The notes beneath the pieces were generated by a model that made no database searches, was not told where the DNA came from, and saw only the letters and a program-made list of their open reading frames with translations. Of a stretch of DNA of 64,000 nt, positions 58,287-64,000 are shown piece after piece. Positions within the stretch are counted from its first letter, which is position 1; the number at the start of each line of letters is the position of its first letter. The stretch comes from Atopobiaceae bacterium (lineage in GTDB: Bacteria; Actinomycetota; Coriobacteriia; Coriobacteriales; Atopobiaceae): positions 17,728-81,727 of the forward strand of contig JAFWIE010000058.1 of NCBI GenBank assembly GCA_017533825.1, given 5' to 3'. Both the position numbers and the translations under genes were made by a program.

Positions 58287-58543
58287 ACGTACTTAACAGA
58301 ATCACGGTGTTTCTGGGTGTCTTCATCGTGGGCGGGTACCTCGCGTACCACCACGTGCTCTCGGACGAGCAACGGGCTGACGTCGCCGCAGCGCAAGAAG
58401 AACTCAAGAAGGCCATGGAGGAAATCTCGGATGCCGTGATGCCGCTGGTCTCCAAGGGAACGCCTACCAAAGCGCAAGAACGTGCCGCGGCCGAGGCGAA
58501 CCGTGCGCGCACGGCGCAGCAGTGGGAGGCCATCGGTTACTAG
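58283..58543 (+). CDS. Small membrane-anchored protein (86 aa) translationally coupled to parB
   Basis: ATGA overlap with the parB stop. N-terminal TM ITVFLGVFIVGGYLAY, followed by a charged helical region. Confidence 0.5.
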   Translation: MNVLNRITVFLGVFIVGGYLAYHHVLSDEQRADVAAAQEELKKAMEEISDAVMPLVSKGTPTKAQERAAAEANRARTAQQWEAIGY

Positions 58544-58559
58544 CCAAGGCGCAGAGGGT

Positions 58560-58620
58560 GGCGAGAGGGGCATCCCCCGGACGTGAAAGAATCGCACGTC
58601 CGGGGGATGCCCCTCTCGCC
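58560..58620. terminator. Bidirectional terminator-like hairpin with a perfect 26-bp stem
   Basis: ggcgagaggggcatcccccggacgtg pairs perfectly with cacgtccgggggatgcccctctcgcc, between convergent genes. Confidence 0.6.
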
Positions 58621-58635
58621 ATGACTTTTGGCGGG

Positions 58636-59751
58636 CTAGCCGAGGCGCTGGCGCAGCTGCCCACAGGCGGCATCGATATCGGTGCCACGCGAGTTGCGAA
58701 TGGTAGTCTCGACGCCGACGGACTCGAGGTGACGTGCGAAGTCAAGGGCACGGTGTTGGGAGCTTGGCTCGAAGTGCGAACCAGGGGTGGCGTTGAGCAG
58801 GATGAGGTTCACGTGACACAGTGTGTCTCGGCAGAAGTCGCACAGATAGGTGAGCTCCTCGTCGGTGTCGTTGACGCCGCGGATGAGCGCGTATTCGTAG
58901 GTGGGGCGTCTGCCGGTCCGCTCAGCATACTCGCCCATAGCGTCGTAGAGGCGCAAGAGCGACCACCGCTTGACGCCAGGCATGAGCGCGTCACGCGTGC
59001 GCTGGACGGCGGAGTGAAGCGATACGGCCAGCGTGAACTGCTCCGGCTCGCGCGAGAAACGCGTGATCATGGGAATGATGCCGCAGGTGGAGACCGTGAG
59101 GTGTCGCGCGCCGATGCCAAGGCCCGAGGGGTCGTTGAGTCGCCGGAGCGCCGCGAGCGTCGCGTCATAATTGACGAACGGCTCGCCTTGGCCCATCATC
59201 ACCACGCTCGTCACGCGGCTGCCGAAGTCATCGCGGACGTGGATGACCTGCTCTACCATCTCGCCCGCCGTGAGGGATCGCGTGAGGCCAGATGCGCCGG
59301 TCGCACAGAACGCGCATCCCATTGCGCAGCCCGCTTGCGTGGAGACGCAGGCGGCAAGGCGATTGCCGGAGGGCATGCCCACACACTCCACGCTGACGCC
59401 GTCCTCATAGCGGAGTAGGTACTTGCGGCTGCCGTCCGAGGAGCGCAGGGCGGCCGCAGGTTTGCTCGTGCGAAGTGTGGCGTGCTCTGCCAGCTCGGCT
59501 CTGAGAGCCTTGGGGAGGTTGGTCATGTCGTCAAACGAAGCGACGCCCTTGTCCCAGATCCATGACTCAAGCTGCTTTCCGCGGAACTTCGGTTGGCCGA
59601 GCTCGGTGACGAGCGCTTCGAGGTCGCGTCGAGAGCATGAGAGGAGGTTGATTTTGCCGTCGCGTGGACGCGATGACTGCGTGTCTTCGCGCTGCTCGGT
59701 GTCGTGTTCCACGTCGTTGACAATTGAGTTTGTATGTTCTTGAGGTTGCAT
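58636..59751 (-). CDS. rlmN: 23S rRNA (adenine2503-C2)-methyltransferase RlmN (radical SAM)
   Basis: ORF 58636..59868. The ATG at 59751 avoids overlap with divergent ddl. Contains STQAGCAMGCAFCATG and MGQGEP. Confidence 0.85.
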   Translation of the reverse strand: MQPQEHTNSIVNDVEHDTEQREDTQSSRPRDGKINLLSCSRRDLEALVTELGQPKFRGKQLESWIWDKGVASFDDMTNLPKALRAELAEHATLRTSKPAAALRSSDGSRKYLLRYEDGVSVECVGMPSGNRLAACVSTQAGCAMGCAFCATGASGLTRSLTAGEMVEQVIHVRDDFGSRVTSVVMMGQGEPFVNYDATLAALRRLNDPSGLGIGARHLTVSTCGIIPMITRFSREPEQFTLAVSLHSAVQRTRDALMPGVKRWSLLRLYDAMGEYAERTGRRPTYEYALIRGVNDTDEELTYLCDFCRDTLCHVNLILLNATPGSHFEPSSQHRALDFARHLESVGVETTIRNSRGTDIDAACGQLRQRLG

Positions 59752-59861
59752 GTGAGATTGCCCTTGTCGTCGTGATGAGCCGCTTGGGGTAGTATCCTCA
59801 TCATCTGGATTATTGCGCAGATACGAGTCTAGCGCAGGTAGGACGAACAAGGGGCAAAAAC

Positions 59862-60824
59862 ATGCCAAACCAAGATGTTACGGCAAGCAAGGTCGTAGTG
59901 CTTGCAGGTGGATGGTCGGACGAGCGTGAGGTCTCGAAGGTCTCTGGCTCCGAGGTCGCCAAGGCTTTGGAGGAAGCGGGGTTCAATCGCGTGGACTTGC
60001 TCGATCCGGCTTCCGATGACTTCCTCTCCCGACTCGTGAGTGGTGATTACGACGTCGCGTTCATCGCCATGCATGGCAGGATGGGCGAGGACGGCAGCGT
60101 GCAAGGCCTGCTCGATGTCGTGGGCATTCCTTACACGTTCTCTCATGTGTTTGCGTCGTCCTTGGCCATGGCCAAGGACATGGCCAAGTTGGTGTTCCAC
60201 AAGGCTGGCATTCCGGTGCCGAGGGGCGTCCAGCTCACCGACGCACATCCCGACGAGGGCGAGCTCGACAAACTGGTCGAAGAACTCGGTCTTCCGCTCT
60301 TCGTGAAGCCTGTGGGCAACGGGTCGAGCTTTGGCATCTCTCGGGTCACCACGCGTGAGGAACTTGCGCCCGCCATCGTGATGGCCGCATCTAACGGAGA
60401 CAGGGTTTTGGTCGAAGAAGCGATTGAGGGTACCGAGATAACGGTTCCGGTCGTGGGCAACGACGACGCGGAGGCGCTGCCCATCATCGAGGTCGTCACT
60501 GGGGCAGATTTCTATGACGTTAAGGTCAAGTATGAGCCGAGCGACCTTCACCACGTGATACCAGCGCGCTTGAGTAGTGCGACCTATGCGCTTGCGCAGG
60601 AGTACGCGATTCGGGCACATCGCTCCTTGGGTTGCGTCGGTTGTTCGCGTAGCGACTTTATCGTGCGCGCAGATGGCGTGCCCGTCATCCTCGAGACCAA
60701 TACGATTCCGGGCATGACGCCGGCAAGCCTGCTGCCAGACGCGGCGCGCCATGCGGGCATCGAGTTTCCGGAGCTTTGCAAGAGGTTCGTCGAGCTCGCC
60801 CTTGAGTGCGAGAGCCCGTCATGA
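59862..60824 (+). CDS. ddl: D-alanine--D-alanine ligase
   Basis: 320-aa ATP-grasp ORF containing FIAMHGRMGEDGSVQGLL, LFVKPVGNGSSFGI and LETNTIPGMT. Confidence 0.95.
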   Translation: MPNQDVTASKVVVLAGGWSDEREVSKVSGSEVAKALEEAGFNRVDLLDPASDDFLSRLVSGDYDVAFIAMHGRMGEDGSVQGLLDVVGIPYTFSHVFASSLAMAKDMAKLVFHKAGIPVPRGVQLTDAHPDEGELDKLVEELGLPLFVKPVGNGSSFGISRVTTREELAPAIVMAASNGDRVLVEEAIEGTEITVPVVGNDDAEALPIIEVVTGADFYDVKVKYEPSDLHHVIPARLSSATYALAQEYAIRAHRSLGCVGCSRSDFIVRADGVPVILETNTIPGMTPASLLPDAARHAGIEFPELCKRFVELALECESPS

Positions 60825-63724
60825 CGGATACGGTCAGTAGCTTGACCATTGAAGACATCATTCTTCCTGGCACGCCTGCCCACATACGGGAACGCTACGC
60901 CAGTTTGGCGGCCCGCAGCCGAGAGGCGCGCTTCGGCCTCCTTGAGGAAGATGTCGTGATGCTCGACACAGAGACGACGGGGCTCTCGTATCGGAAGAAT
61001 GAGCTTATCGAGATTGCTGCGGCCCGGCTTTCGGGAGGCGTGGTTGTGGAGCGGTTCCAGACCTTCGTGCACCCGACGGGTCCGATTCCCCGCGAGATCG
61101 TCTCCCTTACCGGGATACGCGATGTTGACGTGACCGATGCTCCTTCCGCGATTGATGCTGTCGGGATGCTCGCCGACTTCGTTGGTGGCATGCCCATCGT
61201 TGCGCATAACGCAACCTTTGACCGCTCCTTTGTGGAAGGTGCCGCACAAGGCTTTGAGGTATCTGATACTTGGATTGACTCTCTGGCGCTCTCGCGCATC
61301 GCATTGCCGAGGCTCAAGACCCATCGTCTGTCGGACATGGCAATGGCGTTCGGTTGTGAGTCCGTCACACACCGCGCGATGGATGACGTCGATGCCCTGT
61401 GCGGGCTCTGGCGCATCATCTTGGTCGCCCTGAGCGACCTGCCTGACGGGCTTCTCGAACACCTTGCTTCCATGCACGATGAGGTCGAATGGGCCTATCG
61501 CCCCTTGTTTGCGTACTTGGCGCAGCGGAACCCGGGAGCGAGATTCTCCTTGCTTTCGGAGCGGCGTACGCTGGGTGGCTTGCGCGACGGTAGGAGACGC
61601 GAGGACGCGATGGAGATTCCTCTCCATGCGCCGACGCCGGAGGCCATACATGCTGCATTTGGTGCCGATGGACTCGTATCGTCACTGTACGACTCCTACG
61701 AGTTGCGAGACGAGCAACTCGCTATGGCACAGCAGGTGTGTGACGCACTTGCCACCTCGACGCATCGGTGTTTGGAGGCGGGAACAGGAGTAGGCAAGTC
61801 GATGGCCTATCTCGTTCCCGAGGTGATGTTCGCGCAAGCGAATGATGTGACGGTGGGCATAGCGACAAAGACGAACGCACTCGCGGACCAGCTCGTGAGT
61901 CACGAGCTGCCTGCGCTGGCCAATGCCCTCCCGAGTGGCGTCACGTATGTGAGCCTTAAGGGGTGTGAGCGGTATCCGTGCATGAGAAGGCTCGAGCTGG
62001 CGGCGAGGGGAACCCTGCCGGCTGGTGCGGAAGAGAATGCCGAAGATGTGCTGACCGCCATTGCGGTGACCTACGCGTTCGCCTGTCAGTCGATCGATGG
62101 CGATCTCGATGCCCTTGGGATTCGATGGCGTGCCGTGCCAAGGGAATTGTTGGCGACAACGTCCAATGAGTGTCTGCGGCGTGGATGTCCGTATTATCCG
62201 CGAGGCTGCTTCGTACATGGCGCCCGAATGGCTGCGTCATGTGCCGATGTGGTCGTCACCAATCACTCCCTGCTGCTGCGCGACATCGATGCGGAGAATG
62301 CCATTCTGCCGCCCATACGTCATTGGGTGGTTGACGAGGCGCATTCGTTCGATGCCGAAGCGCGAAGACAATGGGCGCATGAGGTATTAGGTGATGAAAT
62401 ACGACGTGCATTACAGCAGCTAGGAGGCCTAGAGCGAGGTCTAATACACAGTATTATTACCAAGGGCTCCCATATGGACGCGGCGACGCTGGTGGCTGGG
62501 CTGATGGCAAAGGCAGCCTCGTGGGTCCAACGGACATCGGACGCTTCGATCGACCTCTTTGAGGCAATACACGGCCTGTCTATGGTCGCTGGCTTTGGTG
62601 GATACGAGAGCACGACGCTGTGGATTGATGAGGGGCTACGTCAGAGTGCGGAGTGGCATGCCGTGGAGGATGCGTCAGCGAAGCTGTTGCCGCTTCTGGA
62701 CGAGACGGTCAAGGTACTCGACGAGGCGCGCGAGGCGCTGGCTCCCGAGGATGCGCAGTCGGCGTCAGAGCTGCAGGATCCCTTGCGACGTCTGCGCGCC
62801 TTCCAATCATCACTGCGAATCATCGTGCTCGAGCCGGATACTGCATATGTATACTCGGCCGAGCTCTTCAGGGGGCGACGCCGTGTGGGCGACCGCTTGG
62901 TTGCCGAGCTCCTCGAAGTCGGGCCGGCACTCGCGAACAAATGGTACCCCGAGACAAAGAGCGTGGTATACACATCCGCGACCATGGCGGTGGGCGATAG
63001 CTTCGAACACTTCGCGCATGGCGTAGGATTGGATTTGCTTCCGGCGGAGAAGCACCTCAATGTGCGTCTAGAGAGTAGCTATGACTTTGACGCGAACATG
63101 TCTGTGATAGTCACGCGCGATTTGCCCGAGCCTAATGACCGCAGGTATCTCGCCGCACTCGAGGATTTGTTGTTTGATGTGCACTGCGGGATGGACGGAT
63201 CCGTGCTTACCCTCTTCACGAACCGACGTGAGATGGAGCGTGTGTACGAGGGTCTGCGTCCACGGCTTGCCTTGCGTGGTCTCGACCTTGCATGCCAGCA
63301 GCGCGGTTCGTCACCGCGTCGTCTGCGCGAGCGTTTCGTCTCGGAACGGAAGCTCTCGTTGTTTGCCTTGAAGTCGTTCTGGGAGGGGTTCGATGCGGCG
63401 GGCGATACGCTGCGGTGCGTCGTGGTGTGTAAGCTCCCCTTCGCCTCCCCGCGCGAACCGCTCGTGCGTGAGCGTGAGCTGCGAGACAGACGCGCCTGGT
63501 GGCGGTATTCGCTGCCGGAGGCGGCGCTGGAGGTGAAGCAAGCTGCTGGGAGGCTTATCCGTTCCTCGAGTGATACGGGTGTATTCATCTTGGCTGACGG
63601 ACGTATTAGTACCAAACGTTACGGGAATACGTTCATCAGTACGCTGCCCTCACATAACTGTATTACTCTGGAGACTCAGAACGTAGCACGCTATCTGGCA
63701 CTTTGGCGTGCATCGCACGAGTGA
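60821..63724 (+). CDS. dinG: DnaQ-like 3'-5' exonuclease fused to a DinG-family ATP-dependent DNA helicase
   Basis: ORF 60806..63724 (GTG). ATG 60821 forms an ATGA overlap with the ddl stop. Contains Exo I VMLDTETTGL, HNATFDRSF, Walker A EAGTGVGKS and VVDEAHSF. Confidence 0.9.
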   Translation: MTDTVSSLTIEDIILPGTPAHIRERYASLAARSREARFGLLEEDVVMLDTETTGLSYRKNELIEIAAARLSGGVVVERFQTFVHPTGPIPREIVSLTGIRDVDVTDAPSAIDAVGMLADFVGGMPIVAHNATFDRSFVEGAAQGFEVSDTWIDSLALSRIALPRLKTHRLSDMAMAFGCESVTHRAMDDVDALCGLWRIILVALSDLPDGLLEHLASMHDEVEWAYRPLFAYLAQRNPGARFSLLSERRTLGGLRDGRRREDAMEIPLHAPTPEAIHAAFGADGLVSSLYDSYELRDEQLAMAQQVCDALATSTHRCLEAGTGVGKSMAYLVPEVMFAQANDVTVGIATKTNALADQLVSHELPALANALPSGVTYVSLKGCERYPCMRRLELAARGTLPAGAEENAEDVLTAIAVTYAFACQSIDGDLDALGIRWRAVPRELLATTSNECLRRGCPYYPRGCFVHGARMAASCADVVVTNHSLLLRDIDAENAILPPIRHWVVDEAHSFDAEARRQWAHEVLGDEIRRALQQLGGLERGLIHSIITKGSHMDAATLVAGLMAKAASWVQRTSDASIDLFEAIHGLSMVAGFGGYESTTLWIDEGLRQSAEWHAVEDASAKLLPLLDETVKVLDEAREALAPEDAQSASELQDPLRRLRAFQSSLRIIVLEPDTAYVYSAELFRGRRRVGDRLVAELLEVGPALANKWYPETKSVVYTSATMAVGDSFEHFAHGVGLDLLPAEKHLNVRLESSYDFDANMSVIVTRDLPEPNDRRYLAALEDLLFDVHCGMDGSVLTLFTNRREMERVYEGLRPRLALRGLDLACQQRGSSPRRLRERFVSERKLSLFALKSFWEGFDAAGDTLRCVVVCKLPFASPREPLVRERELRDRRAWWRYSLPEAALEVKQAAGRLIRSSSDTGVFILADGRISTKRYGNTFISTLPSHNCITLETQNVARYLALWRASHE

Positions 63725-63749
63725 CGCTGCGGCTACGCGTGTGAGAATA

Positions 63750-63810
63750 GGTATTATGGCTCGGGCCCGAGAATACGACGTGCGTATTTTCGGGCCCGAG
63801 CCATAATACC
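63750..63810. terminator. Long hairpin (28-bp stem, 1 mismatch) after dinG
   Basis: ggtattatggctcgggcccgagaatacg pairs with cgtattttcgggcccgagccataatacc. Confidence 0.5.
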
Positions 63811-64000
63811 TTCGTCGTTTGTGACGACACCACCGGCGCACGCAATAATACGACGGAGCAGCCAGTCGCTCCGATCCTCGTAATACGGTATTAGACCCGT
63901 AATACTGGACGTAGTATGTCGGGTAATACGTAGCCCAGGCCAATCAAAAAGTGTTACATATGACAGGTCGAGGAAGGTAATCTCGACTCTGTGTGCAGCG

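Noticed and set aside
63650-63943. 97-aa Tyr-rich minus-strand ORF (TTG start)
   Set aside because: It overlaps the 3' end of dinG and the hairpin. The Tyr richness is a by-product of the TAATAC/GTATTA repeats.

Overview
High-GC Gram-positive chromosome segment. Gene content and order suggest Actinomycetota, possibly Coriobacteriia, but that is inference. The window spans the replication-origin neighbourhood. On the + strand at the right lie rpmH-rnpA-yidD-yidC-jag-rsmG-parA-parB. Diverging on the - strand lie an unusual GHKL-ATPase gene, then dnaA-dnaN-recF-dciA(DUF721)-gyrB-gyrA. Further left, mostly on the - strand, are housekeeping blocks: typA, rpsF-ssb-rpsR-rplI-dnaB, purA, purD, hpt-ftsH, xth, and a folP-folK fusion cut by the window edge. 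There are six tRNAs: Ser-UGA, Asp-GUC, Ser-CGA, Ser-GGA, Ile-GAU and Ala-UGC. The most notable features are: (1) a tightly packed 8-gene D-alanylation (dlt) unit containing two micro-ORFs that fall below the ORF-track length cutoff, a 3'-positioned dltX and a 49-aa lipoprotein, plus two membrane-anchored transglutaminase-fold paralogues, one lacking its catalytic Cys and His; (2) a visibly lower-GC island with an NgoMIV-like type II restriction-modification pair; (3) a GHKL-ATPase / QGW-repeat / winged-HTH protein inserted between dnaA and rpmH; (4) a perfect parS inside rsmG; (5) a membrane-anchored tandem ribbon-helix-helix protein; (6) a 27-nt motif shared by two promoters; and (7) a set of very long perfect hairpins. 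No CRISPR array, rRNA, transposase or integrase was seen. Many long ORFs in the track are antisense shadows of real genes, as expected in high-GC DNA. The track also writes M for GTG and TTG starts. All homology calls rest on motif recognition by eye, not on database searches.
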